Assembly (NCBI GenBank): GCA_963793425.1
Contig: CAWCAG010000009.1
Span: 512,001-576,000, forward strand
DNA length: 64,000 bases
Reading direction: 5' to 3'
From: an uncultured cyanobacterium
Lineage (GTDB): Bacteria > Cyanobacteriota > Cyanobacteriia > Cyanobacteriales > CAWCAG01
A model generated the notes under the pieces. It was given only the letters and a program-made list of their open reading frames with translations, searched no databases and was not told the DNA's origin. Numbering within the stretch: position 1 is the stretch's first letter; each line of letters starts with the position of its first letter. Below, in pieces: positions 51,975 to 63,503 of the stretch. The translations under genes and the position numbers were made by a program.

Positions 51975-52967
51975 TTAACGGAACATACTGCTCACAGAGC
52001 TATCTTCATGAACACGCCAGATAGTTTCCCCCAATAAGTTAGCTACAGAAAGTATTTTTAACTGCTCAAACTTTTGGGATTCTGGCAAAGGAATTGTATT
52101 AGTAACAATTACTTCTTCAAAAGTTCCATCAGACAATCGACTTATAGCAGGAGGAGAAAAGACAGCATGGGTAGCACAAGCATAAATTTGGCGGGCTCCT
52201 TCTTTCCGCAAAAGTCTAGCTGCTTCGCAGATGGTTCCAGCCGTATCTATCATGTCATCTACTAAAACTGCTGTTTTACCGGCTACGTCACCGATAACAT
52301 TCATAACTTCGGCCACGTTATGGGCTTGGCGACGCTTGTCGATAATAGCTAAAGGCGCATCATTTAGCTTTTTAGCAAAGGCCCTAGCCCTAGCGACACC
52401 TCCTACGTCAGGAGAAACTACTACTAAGTCGGGTAAATTTTTGCTGGCTAAATAATCTAAGAGTACAGGAGAGCCATAGACATGATCCAAAGGAATGTCA
52501 AAGTAACCTTGAATTTGGGAAGAATGCAAATCCATAGCTACAATACGATTAGCCCCCGACTCTGTAACTAAGTTAGCTACTAATTTAGCGGTGATGGATT
52601 CACGACCAGCAGTTTTCCGGTCAGCCCTTGCATAACCATAATAAGGAATTACTGCCGTAATTTGGCGTGCTGAAGCCCGACGGCAGGCATCAATCATAAT
52701 TAGTAATTCCATTAAGTGGTCGTTAACGGGATAACAACAAGGTTGTATTAAATAAACATCGCATCCCCTAATAGATTCTTGAATTTGAACATATAGTTCT
52801 CCATCAGCGAATCGTTTGCGGATCATTGGTCCTAAATCCATGCCCAAATAGCGAGCCACTTCTCGTGAAAGAACTAGATTGGAAGAACCGGAAAATAATC
52901 GCAGACGATTGTTATCAGAAAGGGATGCCAGGGTTGGGTGAAGTGGTAATGTTGCAGAATGGCTCAC
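51975..52967 (-). CDS. prs: Ribose-phosphate pyrophosphokinase
   Basis: FADGE, PYYGYARADRK, DLHSSQIQG, SPDVGG and VDDMIDTAGT motifs. Confidence 0.98.
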   Translation of the reverse strand: MSHSATLPLHPTLASLSDNNRLRLFSGSSNLVLSREVARYLGMDLGPMIRKRFADGELYVQIQESIRGCDVYLIQPCCYPVNDHLMELLIMIDACRRASARQITAVIPYYGYARADRKTAGRESITAKLVANLVTESGANRIVAMDLHSSQIQGYFDIPLDHVYGSPVLLDYLASKNLPDLVVVSPDVGGVARARAFAKKLNDAPLAIIDKRRQAHNVAEVMNVIGDVAGKTAVLVDDMIDTAGTICEAARLLRKEGARQIYACATHAVFSPPAISRLSDGTFEEVIVTNTIPLPESQKFEQLKILSVANLLGETIWRVHEDSSVSSMFR

Positions 52968-53312
52968 AACAGACTCTTGAACCTCAATTCATTACAGTTT
53001 TACCATCGTAACCAATAACGTTTGGCAAAAATATTATCTTTAAAAGATATACCAAGCTCTAAGAGGACTTAAATAGGGAAGAATGTTAATTTAGATTAAC
53101 CATACTGAAGTAATCTTTATCAGGGAAAGCGGTGTTTTGCCCCTAATAATCTTAAGCTTCAAAAAATTCCCGCTACCTTTTATGATTATGGCGATACAGG
53201 ATTTTATTAATATCCTCAGCAAAAAAATAATAATTTACTAACTTTACTAAGGAGAGCGCATCTTACCCTCTAGCTTTAAATAAGGGATATCTGATGCAAA
53301 AAAATATAACCT

Positions 53313-55058
53313 ATGTCAGAAATACAAACACCTATTTCTCCGGATACGTTACTAAATAATCGTTATCGCGTAACTAGAGTTCTTGGTCAAGGAGGTTTTG
53401 CTCGTACCTACCTGGCTGAAGATGAAGGACGTTTTAATGAGTCTTGTGTACTTAAGGAGTTGATTCCTAACCAAGACTCAGAGTACGTTTTAGAAAAATC
53501 GCGGGAATTATTTCAAAGAGAAGCAACAACACTCTATCAAATTCAACATCCCCAAGTTCCTCAATTTCGCTCTACTTTTGAAGAAGATGGGCGCTTATTT
53601 TTTGTGCAAGATTATGTTGAAGGTAAAACTTATCGGGAGTTGCTGGGGGAGAGGCGATCGCGAGGACAAACCTTCTCAGAAGCAGAGGTTTTAGATACGT
53701 TACAGCAGCTTTTGCCAGTTCTTTCCTATATTCACAATAAAGGGATTATTCACCGAGATATTGCTCCGGATAATATTATTTTGCCCGATGCTCCCATTGC
53801 GACAAATGAAGCAGGGCAGCAAATTAGTTTACCTGTTTTGATTGATTTTGGTGTGGTTAAACAGTTAGCTACTCAATTTCAATCGGAAGATATTAATGCC
53901 ATTCCTACGACAGTGGGTAAGTTAGGTTATGCTCCTCCAGAACAAATTCAAAGAGGGCAGGCATATCCTAGTAGTGATCTTTATTCCCTGGCTGTGACAG
54001 CAATAGTTATGCTCACAGGGAAACCTCCTAGTGAGTTATATGATGATGTTCAGTTAAGTTGGAACTGGCGAACCGGAGCAGGAACAGATGAGCAATTTGC
54101 TAATGTTTTGAACCGGATGTTAGCCCATCAACCAGGGGATCGCTATCAATCAGCAGATGAAGTTTTTCAAGCCCTAGCCGCTATTTCTAGCCCCACAACT
54201 ACAACGATCCTTACCCCCCCACCTCAACCAGCTCAAGAGCATCCAGAATTAAGGGGAGTTTCTCAAGCAGAAACTGTTGCAGTAGGACAACCTTTACCTC
54301 CAACTTCAGTAACTGCTCCTTCTAGTGGTAGGGATGATGATCCCCCAGCTATTATTCCTAGTGAAGGTGATGACTCTTTTTGGGAAAATCCTTTGGCTAT
54401 AGCTGGGGCAACTTTGCTGATTGCCGTAGCAGTGGGATTGATATCTTGGCTGATAGTGAGGTCGATTTTTGGTTCTGATAATGAAGAAATAACTCCTAGT
54501 CCTACTGTTTCTCCTACAGCAACTCAGACTCCTGATGTAAAAAAGGAACTTCTCAATATTGGGGCTGGTGGAGTGTTTTCTACTCAAGGGCGTTTGGAAC
54601 CTAATCAAATCTTAGATTACATTGTCCCAGCCCAAGCTAACCAAGTTTTGATTGTTACCGTTAGTAGTCCAGGGGTTTTGATGTCTGTATTTGAGCCTAA
54701 TGGTACTTTAGTAGCACCTGGGGCCCAAGGAGTTAAAAGCTGGCAAGGGCAGCTTACTGCTTCTGGTAATTATATTGTTCGCCTAGAACCAGTGGCGGGA
54801 TTACAGGATGAACAATACGATTATCAACTCAATATCCGTTTACAACAAATAGCAGTACCAACCCCAGCACCCACACCCGCGCCTACCCCAACACCCGCGC
54901 CTACACCAACACCCGCGCCTACACCAACCCCAACTCCAGCACCAACTCCAACCCCAACACCCGCGCCTACACCAACACCCGCGCCTACACCAACCCCAAC
55001 TCCAGCACCAACTCCGACACCGACTCCTCCAGCTACGCCAACTCCAACAGGGAACTAA
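53313..55058 (+). CDS. Hanks-type Ser/Thr protein kinase with TM helix, beta-sandwich (PPC-like) domain and Pro/Thr tail
   Basis: [30 protein letters not shown] and SDLYSL motifs; TM helix at about aa 362-387. Confidence 0.95.
   Translation: MSEIQTPISPDTLLNNRYRVTRVLGQGGFARTYLAEDEGRFNESCVLKELIPNQDSEYVLEKSRELFQREATTLYQIQHPQVPQFRSTFEEDGRLFFVQDYVEGKTYRELLGERRSRGQTFSEAEVLDTLQQLLPVLSYIHNKGIIHRDIAPDNIILPDAPIATNEAGQQISLPVLIDFGVVKQLATQFQSEDINAIPTTVGKLGYAPPEQIQRGQAYPSSDLYSLAVTAIVMLTGKPPSELYDDVQLSWNWRTGAGTDEQFANVLNRMLAHQPGDRYQSADEVFQALAAISSPTTTTILTPPPQPAQEHPELRGVSQAETVAVGQPLPPTSVTAPSSGRDDDPPAIIPSEGDDSFWENPLAIAGATLLIAVAVGLISWLIVRSIFGSDNEEITPSPTVSPTATQTPDVKKELLNIGAGGVFSTQGRLEPNQILDYIVPAQANQVLIVTVSSPGVLMSVFEPNGTLVAPGAQGVKSWQGQLTASGNYIVRLEPVAGLQDEQYDYQLNIRLQQIAVPTPAPTPAPTPTPAPTPTPAPTPTPTPAPTPTPTPAPTPTPAPTPTPTPAPTPTPTPPATPTPTGN
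54857..55048 (+). repeat. (Pro-Thr-Pro-Ala/Thr)n coding repeat with an exact 65-bp duplication (period 66)
   Basis: 54885-54949 equals 54951-55015; built from 18-bp subunits. Confidence 0.92.
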
Positions 55059-55112
55059 GCTAGTACCTGAGTCATAAGCCAAAACCCAATAATCAGCAAC
55101 TAATAATTTTTG

Positions 55113-55787
55113 ATGGCTAATTTACTGATAACAGGGACTGATACAGAAGTAGGCAAGACAGTTTTGACTACTTGTTTGGTTGCTTACTGGGAAAAATATC
55201 GTTCCCTAGATAAGTTAGGGTTGATGAAACTGGTACAAACGGGAATAGGCGATCGCGAGTTGTACCAACAGCTTTTTTCTTTATCCCAGTCTCCTGAAGA
55301 AGTTGCTCCTTTGTGTTTTGATACTCCTGTTGCCCCTCCCATAGCCGCAGCAAGAGAGGGGAAAGAAGTTGATCTGGCTAAGGTATGGCAAAATTTTAAC
55401 CATTTACAACAACAGCGAGATTTGGTGATTGTGGAAGCTTTGGGAGGCTTGGGATCACCAGTTACTTCCGAATTGGTTGTGGCGGATCTGGCTAGGGATT
55501 GGGGTTTATCTACGGTGTTAGTAGTTCCGGTTAAGTTAGGGGCGATCGCCCAAACTGTGGCAAATGTGGCTTTAGCTAAACAATTTGGTGTTCATCTTAA
55601 AGGAATTGTTCTTAATTGTCGAGAATCAGGTACGGAGGAAAAGTTGGCAGATTGGACACCAATTGATTTAATTCAATCCTTAACTAATCTTCCTGTGTTG
55701 GGATTGTTGCCTCATTTAGCTGATCCCCAAGCTAAGGATAAACTGGTTCAGGTAGCTGCTAATTTAGAGTTAGAGTATTTGATTTAA
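55113..55787 (+). CDS. bioD: Dethiobiotin synthase
   Basis: ITGTDTEVGKT, MKLVQTG and VEALGGLGSP motifs. Confidence 0.95.
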   Translation: MANLLITGTDTEVGKTVLTTCLVAYWEKYRSLDKLGLMKLVQTGIGDRELYQQLFSLSQSPEEVAPLCFDTPVAPPIAAAREGKEVDLAKVWQNFNHLQQQRDLVIVEALGGLGSPVTSELVVADLARDWGLSTVLVVPVKLGAIAQTVANVALAKQFGVHLKGIVLNCRESGTEEKLADWTPIDLIQSLTNLPVLGLLPHLADPQAKDKLVQVAANLELEYLI

Positions 55788-55817
55788 AGATTAATTCTTA
55801 AGTAAAGCATTTAGTTT

Positions 55818-56879
55818 TTAAAAACGCTCTCCGGTTTTTATATCAAACCAGTGAAGCTGCTTTTTCGGGACAGATAGATTTAAGATATTTCCTTCCCATT
55901 GATAATCTGCCGGAACTAAAGTTCTTATAGTTGTATCAGAACCTTGTACTTTGAGGCTAAGCAAGTTTTCTTTGCCTAGTCCTTCGACTAAAAATACTTC
56001 TCCTTGTATAGTTAAGGATTCCTCTGCTAGATTAATGCCAATGTCTTCAGGACGAATACCTAAAACCACTTGGGCTGGTTTTATTTCTAATTCTGGTAAA
56101 GGAATTTTCAAATCTCCTAAAATGGCAAAATCTCCTTCGCACAAAAGAGTTAAGAGATTCATTTGAGGACTGCCTACGAAACCAGCGACAAATTGGTTAG
56201 CGGGATGGCTATAAATGCGACTGGGAGGATCAAGTTGTTGCACTAAACCATCAAGTAATACAGCGACTTTACTCGATAAAGTCATGGCTTCAGTTTGATC
56301 GTGGGTAACGTAAACGACAGGCTTGTTTTGTTCTTTAAATAACTGTTTTAAATCCGCTCGTACTTGTTCCCGTAACAAAGCATCTAAATTACTTAACGGC
56401 TCATCTAATAAAAATACATCAGGGTTACGCACTAAAGCACGGGCTAAAGCAACCCTTTGTCTTTGTCCCCCAGAAAGTTGTCCTGGTTTTCTCTCTAATA
56501 AGTTTTCTAAACCCAGTTTATAAGCTGCTTCTGTGACTCGATTTTTGATTTCCTCTGAGGGGATTTTTCTTAACTTTAAAGCTGCACCAATATTTTCAGC
56601 AACACTCATATGGGGATACAGGGCATAGCTTTGAAACACCATAGCTATGTTGCGATCGCCTGGGGCAATTTTGTTAACATTCCGACTGCCAATAACGACA
56701 TTTCCCTGGGTAGGGGGCTCTAAGCCAGCAATTAAGCGTAGTAAGGTAGATTTACCACAGCCTGAAGGGCCAAGAAGAGTCAGAAATTCTCCGTCTTCTA
56801 CGTTGATGCTAATATCTTTAACAGGAACAACATTAGTAGCGTATTCTTTTCTTAAATTTTGTATTTCTAATTTAGACAC
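55818..56879 (-). CDS. Sugar ABC transporter ATP-binding protein (MalK/MsmX type)
   Basis: GPSGCGKST, FQSYALYPH, LSGGQRQR, LDEPLSNLD, YVTHDQ and FVGSPQMN motifs; TOBE C-terminus. Confidence 0.95.
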   Translation of the reverse strand: MSKLEIQNLRKEYATNVVPVKDISINVEDGEFLTLLGPSGCGKSTLLRLIAGLEPPTQGNVVIGSRNVNKIAPGDRNIAMVFQSYALYPHMSVAENIGAALKLRKIPSEEIKNRVTEAAYKLGLENLLERKPGQLSGGQRQRVALARALVRNPDVFLLDEPLSNLDALLREQVRADLKQLFKEQNKPVVYVTHDQTEAMTLSSKVAVLLDGLVQQLDPPSRIYSHPANQFVAGFVGSPQMNLLTLLCEGDFAILGDLKIPLPELEIKPAQVVLGIRPEDIGINLAEESLTIQGEVFLVEGLGKENLLSLKVQGSDTTIRTLVPADYQWEGNILNLSVPKKQLHWFDIKTGERF

Positions 56880-56906
56880 AATTATTTCTTTTTTAAATGA
56901 CTATTT

Positions 56907-57122
56907 TTAATGAGCAGATGCTGTAAAAACAACTTGATAAAGATGATGTTCATTTTCAGCAATACCTTCCCAATAGGGAGCTTCTTTACCAAAGCCAGGT
57001 TGTTGCTTGACTATTTCTAAAAACTCGGCGATCGCATCTAACAATTCTTGCTGTTGTTTTGGTTCAACAGTGAAAATAATAATTACGGTAATAACTTCGT
57101 TATTGACAGCAATCGTGGGCAT
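56907..57122 (-). pseudogene. Internally deleted antibiotic-biosynthesis-monooxygenase (ABM) family gene
   Basis: ABM start (VIIIFTVEPKQQQELL...QQPGF) is joined directly to a C-terminal strand (NEHHLYQVVF); the central S-x-H...NYAQW part is missing. Confidence 0.6.
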
Positions 57123-57213
57123 AACGACTTTCCCTTAAGAGGGTGTGATTTTCTCTACTCTCTATATTAGAATCCAGGAGAGCAAAATTAATTACGCTTT
57201 TGTAAAGTAATTT

Positions 57214-57912
57214 ATGAGTGCCGAAAGATATTCTCAGCTAATTGCCAAAGATGGTTTCTGCATCATTCCTCAATTTCTAACTAAAAAGCAGATTGAAACT
57301 CTCAAGACGGCCTTAAACTTAGTAATTGCTCAAAGAAAGTTACCAAAATACGGTTTACGCCGCCTCTTGGAATTAGTGCCAGAAGTACAGCAAATTTGTA
57401 CCTCAGTAGCGGTTCATTCCTTAGTCGCATCAATAACAGGGAAAAAAGTTATTCCTATACGCAGTCTCTTTTTTGATAAAAATCATCAAGCTAGCTGGAG
57501 TGTTTCTTGGCATCAAGATTTAACTATCGCAGTAAGAAAAAAGATTGAAACGCCAGGTTTTTATCCTTGGTCTATTAAAGCAGGTATTCCCCATGTTCAA
57601 CCTCCCATAGAAATTCTTGAATCAATAATTACTTTACGTTTTCATTTAGACAATGCCAACTGGAGTAATGGCTGTTTACAGCTTATGCCAGGTTCCCATA
57701 AACACGGACTTCTAAACTCTGAAAAGATGCAAAAACTCAAATCCACGGCTATTAACAGTCCTACTTCAGCAGGGGATATTTTGATAATGAAACCTCTATT
57801 AGTTCACAGATCCCAAACCGCCAAACAACCTAGCCACCGTAGAATTATACATATTGAATTCAGTTCAACTCAATTACCAAATAATTTGCAATGGTACTCT
57901 AAGGAATTCTAG
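57214..57912 (+). CDS. Phytanoyl-CoA dioxygenase (PhyH) family Fe(II)/2OG oxygenase
   Basis: WHQD, HLD, PGSH, HRS and RRIIH motifs. Confidence 0.9.
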   Translation: MSAERYSQLIAKDGFCIIPQFLTKKQIETLKTALNLVIAQRKLPKYGLRRLLELVPEVQQICTSVAVHSLVASITGKKVIPIRSLFFDKNHQASWSVSWHQDLTIAVRKKIETPGFYPWSIKAGIPHVQPPIEILESIITLRFHLDNANWSNGCLQLMPGSHKHGLLNSEKMQKLKSTAINSPTSAGDILIMKPLLVHRSQTAKQPSHRRIIHIEFSSTQLPNNLQWYSKEF

Positions 57913-58153
57913 ATGATGCTGCAACTCGAAGTTGATTGCCGCTTGTTCAGTCCCAGCAAACTTCTTTTTCTACACCAAAGCTATCTTAATTAGTTTGGTT
58001 TGAGCAAAACAAAGTCTGCCCCCCTGTTCTAAAAGTAATCGCTGCTTGGGGTTTGAAAAATATCCCTGAAACAGAAATCCCCCAAAAAGGGGATCAGTCA
58101 GTTTGATATCTATTAGTTAATTCTTGAAAAGATTGTACATTACATCTTTGGCG

Positions 58154-59227
58154 CTATTCTATTCCCAGCTTATCCAGCAAACGTTCAACATCAAAGTGTT
58201 CCTCCATCAAATTTTGGATACACTCAACTTTGATTGGCTCCTGGAAACGTACCTGCCCAAATGCACGATCAGCTATTTCTACGGCAGTTAAAGTATCTTG
58301 ATCTACTGATAAGATTGGTACTTCCAAATCTTCAGCGCGAGAAAGAACAAAATCTTGGGGAGGAACATTTCCTGTCAGAATCAAACAATTGGTGGAAGTT
58401 TCCAAGGCTGCTAATTGGAGATCACTGCGATCGCCTCCAGTAATCACAACCATGTTTCTTCGTTTGCGGAAATACTCTAGGGCTGAATTAACATTCATCG
58501 CACCAATAGTTAAGCTTTCTACCATTAAATCTAAACGATCTTCTCGACAAAGAACCTTTGCATCCAATTGTTGCTTCAATTCCCGAACACTAACGCTACG
58601 CAACAAGCTACTTCTAGGCAAAAGCCCTAAAACCGAAATACCTTGTTCTTCTAAAAACGGCTGAATTAAATCTTGAGTTTTGTCTAACTCATTTGAGGGA
58701 ATATCATTAAGCAAAACCCCCAGCAAAGAATCACCTAGATGCCTCTTGGCCGCTAAAAGACTATCTACCAAATTTTGCTCTTGAAAACGAACTACTAGCA
58801 AAATAGAGGCATCTAAGCTTTGGGATATTTGCAGCAAGGATAAATTAAAGAGATTCCCTTCCCAGAGATTTCCCGGCCCTTCTAAAACAATTGCATCGGC
58901 ATTCAATTCCTTAACATACTGTTTTAAAGAAGCTGTATAGTCCGTTGCGCCCTTACCTACCAAGCGCTTTTCAATGGTATCGGCATCCTGACACAAAAGG
59001 GGTGAACGTATTTGACCCTCTGGCAAATTAAGGGCCTTAACCATAAACTGCACATCTTCTTCCACAAAATCGGTGTAGTCCTGGCTCAAATAAGTTCCCA
59101 AGGGCTTACCGTAGGCTATTTCAACCCCTTTCGATTTAAGCTGCTTAGCCATACCGACGATTGTCGCTGACTTACCGCTGTAAGCTTCTATTGAACCGAT
59201 CAATAAGCACTTGGCTGCTTTTGCCAC
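58154..59227 (-). CDS. Phosphotransacetylase N-terminal-like DRTGG-domain protein
   Basis: YSGKS P-loop, LEG, IGAM and VITGGDRSDLQ motifs; no PTA catalytic domain. Confidence 0.88.
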   Translation of the reverse strand: MAKAAKCLLIGSIEAYSGKSATIVGMAKQLKSKGVEIAYGKPLGTYLSQDYTDFVEEDVQFMVKALNLPEGQIRSPLLCQDADTIEKRLVGKGATDYTASLKQYVKELNADAIVLEGPGNLWEGNLFNLSLLQISQSLDASILLVVRFQEQNLVDSLLAAKRHLGDSLLGVLLNDIPSNELDKTQDLIQPFLEEQGISVLGLLPRSSLLRSVSVRELKQQLDAKVLCREDRLDLMVESLTIGAMNVNSALEYFRKRRNMVVITGGDRSDLQLAALETSTNCLILTGNVPPQDFVLSRAEDLEVPILSVDQDTLTAVEIADRAFGQVRFQEPIKVECIQNLMEEHFDVERLLDKLGIE

Positions 59228-59340
59228 GCTTTTAGCTCCTTTTTATCAGCAGGTTTTTATACATAAAATTTATTCCCAGCCTATAGCTTAATCTGTTATT
59301 TCAGATTCAGACAAAGTTGAGAAAAGGGTTGTATAAATTC

Positions 59341-59715
59341 CTACTCTTCAATGCGTAGCAGTTTACGATAGAAAGCGCGGGAAAAATCCACTGTCCGAGA
59401 ACTTTTGAAAGTCATGATCACTTCTAGCAAATAATCTACTAGCTGCGAGTTAGCGATGGTTACTTCGTAACTCAGTTCAGCATTACCATCAAATTGCAAG
59501 CGACAACGGGTCATCTCAGAAGGTAGCTTGGAAACAAACCAACTGGCTACAAATGGTATACTTTCGCCACCTTCAATGCGGCGTTCTCCTTCAAAGGAGC
59601 CTTGTTTATAAAGGCTAATCGCGAAAGGAAGAAGATTGCGCTTGTTCCCTTGGTAATAAGGAGAATAAATACGAACGTCTGCTTTTTCAGCAGGCTTCAA
59701 TTTTTCAATAGACAT
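59341..59715 (-). CDS. ebsA: Type IV pilus/secretion protein EbsA
   Basis: YSPYY..KR..LP.AISLY..G..EGER.IEGG, CRLQFDG.AELSYE and DF...FYRKLL signature. Confidence 0.85.
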   Translation of the reverse strand: MSIEKLKPAEKADVRIYSPYYQGNKRNLLPFAISLYKQGSFEGERRIEGGESIPFVASWFVSKLPSEMTRCRLQFDGNAELSYEVTIANSQLVDYLLEVIMTFKSSRTVDFSRAFYRKLLRIEE

Positions 59716-59779
59716 AAGTGAAATTCGTCAATTTCCCTCAACATTGGCCCTGAAGTTTACACCCTAACATTCAATTTCC

Positions 59780-59835
59780 CTAATTGCTAGTTGCTAATGG
59801 CTAATAGCTAATAGCTAATAGCTAGTTGCTAATGG
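59780..59835. repeat. Heptamer tandem repeat (CTARTDG-type) x8
   Basis: CTAATTG CTAGTTG CTAATGG CTAATAG x3 CTAGTTG CTAATGG. Confidence 0.9.
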
Positions 59836-59889
59836 CTTACAGGGAATGGAGAATAGTGAATAGTATATTCTGAACTTATTATTACTTCT

Positions 59890-59954
59890 CCCAGTCACCC
59901 AGTCACCCAGTCACCCAGTCACCTAGTCTCCCCGTCACTCCGTCACCCCGTCTC
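59890..59954. repeat. Octamer tandem repeat (CCCAGTCA) x~8, degenerating 3'
   Basis: Read directly just upstream of the AAA_35-WD40 gene. Confidence 0.9.
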
Positions 59955-59959
59955 CTGTT

Positions 59960-62900
59960 ATGCAAATTTCCCCATCACCCATGCCCTATCAAGTAGGGGG
60001 TAGCCTGCCTGTTGATGCTTCTACTTATGTGACAAGGAAAGCTGATACAGAACTTTATAATGCCCTGAAAGCAGGGGAATTTTGTTATGTTTTGAACTCT
60101 CGCCAGAAGGGTAAATCCAGCTTGCGAGTCCAAACTATGGAACGCTTAGAAGCAAAAGGAATTGCTTGTGCTTCTATTGATTTAACTCGCATTGGTAGTC
60201 AAAATATTACCCCAGAACAATGGTATCTAGGAGTTGTGAAAAGCTTGGCCACAGCTTTAAATCTTTCTTTAGCTAAGCGCATTAAATTAGGGCGGTGGTG
60301 GCGAGAAAGAGAGAACTTTTCTCCTTTACAACGGTTCAGCAATTTTTTAGAGGAAGTTCTGTTAGTCGAAGTTAAGCAAAGGGTAGTGATTTTTATTGAT
60401 GAGATTGATAGTACCATTAGCCTTAATTTTTCTGCTGATGATTTCTTTGCTTTGATTCGTGCTTGTTATAACCAAAGGGTTGATAACCCGGAATATAAAC
60501 GCTTAACTTTTACCCTTTTAGGAGTTGCCACCCCCGCAGATTTAATCACTGATAAAAGTCGCACTCCTTTTAATATTGGTCGGGCTATAGAATTAGATGG
60601 TTTTGCTATGCCAGAAGCTATGACTTTAGCAAGAGGCTTGACAGCATATACAGCCAATCCCCAATTGGTAATGAAAGAAATTTTGGCTTGGACGGGGGGG
60701 CAGCCTTTTTTAAGTCAGAAACTTTGTCAGTTAGTTTTTGAATCCAATGAATTTATTCCTAAAAACCAGGAAGCAGAATGGATTGAGGCTTTGGTTAAAA
60801 ATCGCGTTATTAACCATTGGGAGGCACAGGATGAACCGGAACACTTGCAAACCATTCGCGACCGAATTCTCAAGCAAGAAGGCGGGGCCGCGCGGATGTT
60901 GGGGCTGTATCAGCAGATCCTCCAAAAAGGAGAAATCCTTTCTGAGGATAGTTCCGAACAGATGAATTTACGCCTATCTGGTTTAGTAGTGGAAAAGGGG
61001 GGAAAGTTACAAGTCAATAACCCCATTTATAAATACGTTTTTAATCAAAGTTGGGTAGATAAAGAATTAGCTACCTTGCGTCCCTATAGTGAGACTTTGA
61101 ATTCTTGGTTTACTTCTGGTTGTCAGGATGAGTCTCGGTTGTTGCGGGGCAAAGCTTTACAGGATGCCTTAGTTTGGGCAGGGGGCAAAAGCCTAAGTAA
61201 CCAAGATTATGAATTTTTGGGGGCCAGCCAGCAATTAGCTAAGCAGCAAGTACAAATTGATCTTGAAGCACAAATTGCCGCAAATTATATCTTAGCTGAG
61301 GCGGAGAAGAAAGCAAAAAAAAGCATACGTAGAGGTTTAATCGTTTTAGCTATTATTTCTGTGGCTTCTGTTGCTATGGTAATTTGGGGTAAAACCGCTA
61401 TTAGTAAAGGACAAACAGCGCTGAAGCTAGAACAAAAAGCGGTTAATGCCCTCCAGCAATTTGAGAACGAAGAGTTAGAAGCTTTGCTATCAGCGATGAA
61501 AGCAGGGGAAGATTTACAAGAACTAGTAGGAGAAGAAACTCCTTTACAAGAATATCCGGCGATCGCACCCGTATGGGTATTGCAAAGAATTTTGGGAGAA
61601 ATTCACGAACGCAACCAATTGTTAGGGCATACAAGCTTTATCTACGATGTAGATTTTAGTGCTGAGGGTAAGAAGGTTGCGACAATATCTGCTGATGGTA
61701 CTGTCAGGGTTTGGAATTCATCTGGACAGGAATGGAGTGAGTTTCCTGTGAAGGTGGATGAAGCAGAAAATATGACGATGAATCTAAGTTTTAGTCCTGA
61801 TGGCAAGAAATTAATCACTGCTTCAGAGAATGGCATTGCTAGATTATGGGATTTATTAGGGCAAGAATTAGCTATGTTTGTTGGGCATCAAGGGCAAGTT
61901 TGGAATGTTAGTTTTAGCCCCGATGGTCAGAAGGTTGCTACCAGTAGTCAGGATGGGACAGCAAGGTTATGGGATTTATCAGGGCGAGAAATAACCAAAT
62001 TTGTTGGCCATACCAATCATGTTTGGTGTGTTGAATTTAGTCCTGATGGTAATTATTTAGCTACTGCTGGGGAAGATGGTACAGCAAGGTTATGGGATTT
62101 ATCGGGGCGGGAACTAACTAAATTTGCCGGCCATGACAAACAAATTTTTAGCCTCAGTTTTAGTCCTGATGGGCAAACTATCGCTACTACAGGGTTGGAT
62201 GGTACGGTGCGATTGTGGAATCTTGCTGGGCAACAGTTGGCCCTATGGCAAGGTAGTGGGGATTGGCTTTTTGCCATTGAATTTAGCCCTAATGGTAAGT
62301 ATTTAGCAGCAGCGGGGGCCGATAGTACAATCAGGATTTGGGATACTTCTGGACAACTCTTAGGAGAGTTACGGGGTCATACTAATTGGATCTATGGCTT
62401 AAGTTTTAGTCCTGATGGCAAAAACTTGGTTACAGCAGGACAAGACGGTACAGCCCGGATCTGGGATCTCAATAATACTTTTTTCTCTTCTTCCTACCAA
62501 CAAGAAGCTGAGTGGCAAGGAGAAGAAAATGAGTTGTGGGCAGTGAATTTTAGCCCTCAAGGTAAGTTACTCGCCTCAGCGGGGGAAGGAAATACAGCCA
62601 AGATTTGGAACTATTCTGGGGAGATGATCACGGAGTTGAAAGGCCATCCTAGTTGGATTTATGGCTTGAGTTTTAGCCCTGATGGTGAAAGTATTGCTAC
62701 TGCTGGTAAGGATGGAACGGTGAGGCTTTGGAATTTATCCGGGAAGCAATTAAATAAGTTTAGGATTGGCCGTCGCAAAATCTATAGCGTTGGGTTTAGT
62801 CCTGATGGTAAGTATTTGGCAGCGGCAGGGGAAGGTAGTGCCGTTTACCTTTGGAATCTGGCGGCAAAAAGGCAGATTAAACTTGAAGCCCATAAAGGGA

Positions 62901-63454
62901 TAGTGAATTGGGTCAGTTTTAGCCCCGATGGGGAAACTATAGCTACCGCAGGACAAGATGGTACTATACGCCTTTGGAATTTGTTGGGGGAGGAGTTACA
63001 CCGATTTGGGGATGGTAAGAATGAAGTTTCTAGTGTTAGTTTTAGTCCCAATGGCAAACGCTTAGTTACTACTACGGTAGATAATAAGGTGAAGTTGTGG
63101 AAGTCTTCTGGGCAAAAGCTCAATGAATTTAATACCCATCAAGGTGGAGTTTTGAATGCTAATTTCAGTCCTGATGGGCAGTTTGTTGCGATCGCAGGGC
63201 AAGATGGTACTGTGCAACTAAGATCGGTTTCTGGGATTTCCGGACAACAAATTGCTGAATTTAAAGGCCATGAAGGGAGAGTTTACAGCACTAGTTTTAG
63301 TCCGAATGGTAAGTATTTAGCCACCGCAGGTAAGGATGGCATGGTGCGTTTATGGCGTGTAGAAAAATTGGACGAGATGCTTGAACGAGGTTGTGAGTGG
63401 TTGGAAGATTACCAAGCTAACCATCCCAATCGAGATAAAATTTGTTCTAAATAA
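59960..63454 (+). CDS. AAA_35 (STAND-like) NTPase with TM helix and ~14 WD40 repeats
   Basis: [22 protein letters not shown] and WTGGQPFL motifs; repeated FSPDG..ATAG.DGT.RLW. Confidence 0.92.
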   Translation: MQISPSPMPYQVGGSLPVDASTYVTRKADTELYNALKAGEFCYVLNSRQKGKSSLRVQTMERLEAKGIACASIDLTRIGSQNITPEQWYLGVVKSLATALNLSLAKRIKLGRWWRERENFSPLQRFSNFLEEVLLVEVKQRVVIFIDEIDSTISLNFSADDFFALIRACYNQRVDNPEYKRLTFTLLGVATPADLITDKSRTPFNIGRAIELDGFAMPEAMTLARGLTAYTANPQLVMKEILAWTGGQPFLSQKLCQLVFESNEFIPKNQEAEWIEALVKNRVINHWEAQDEPEHLQTIRDRILKQEGGAARMLGLYQQILQKGEILSEDSSEQMNLRLSGLVVEKGGKLQVNNPIYKYVFNQSWVDKELATLRPYSETLNSWFTSGCQDESRLLRGKALQDALVWAGGKSLSNQDYEFLGASQQLAKQQVQIDLEAQIAANYILAEAEKKAKKSIRRGLIVLAIISVASVAMVIWGKTAISKGQTALKLEQKAVNALQQFENEELEALLSAMKAGEDLQELVGEETPLQEYPAIAPVWVLQRILGEIHERNQLLGHTSFIYDVDFSAEGKKVATISADGTVRVWNSSGQEWSEFPVKVDEAENMTMNLSFSPDGKKLITASENGIARLWDLLGQELAMFVGHQGQVWNVSFSPDGQKVATSSQDGTARLWDLSGREITKFVGHTNHVWCVEFSPDGNYLATAGEDGTARLWDLSGRELTKFAGHDKQIFSLSFSPDGQTIATTGLDGTVRLWNLAGQQLALWQGSGDWLFAIEFSPNGKYLAAAGADSTIRIWDTSGQLLGELRGHTNWIYGLSFSPDGKNLVTAGQDGTARIWDLNNTFFSSSYQQEAEWQGEENELWAVNFSPQGKLLASAGEGNTAKIWNYSGEMITELKGHPSWIYGLSFSPDGESIATAGKDGTVRLWNLSGKQLNKFRIGRRKIYSVGFSPDGKYLAAAGEGSAVYLWNLAAKRQIKLEAHKGIVNWVSFSPDGETIATAGQDGTIRLWNLLGEELHRFGDGKNEVSSVSFSPNGKRLVTTTVDNKVKLWKSSGQKLNEFNTHQGGVLNANFSPDGQFVAIAGQDGTVQLRSVSGISGQQIAEFKGHEGRVYSTSFSPNGKYLATAGKDGMVRLWRVEKLDEMLERGCEWLEDYQANHPNRDKICSK

Positions 63455-63503
63455 GCAATATTGTCAAACATTGAATATTAAAGATTTCTTCTTCTTGTGT
63501 CTT

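Noticed and set aside
54840..55082. Cys/Trp/Arg-rich 80-aa ORF resembling a RiPP or metallothionein
   Set aside because: It is the antisense reading of the kinase Pro/Thr repeat.
61600..63360. WD40 repeats as a diversity-generating retroelement target
   Set aside because: No reverse transcriptase or template repeat is in the window, and the differences are not adenine-specific.
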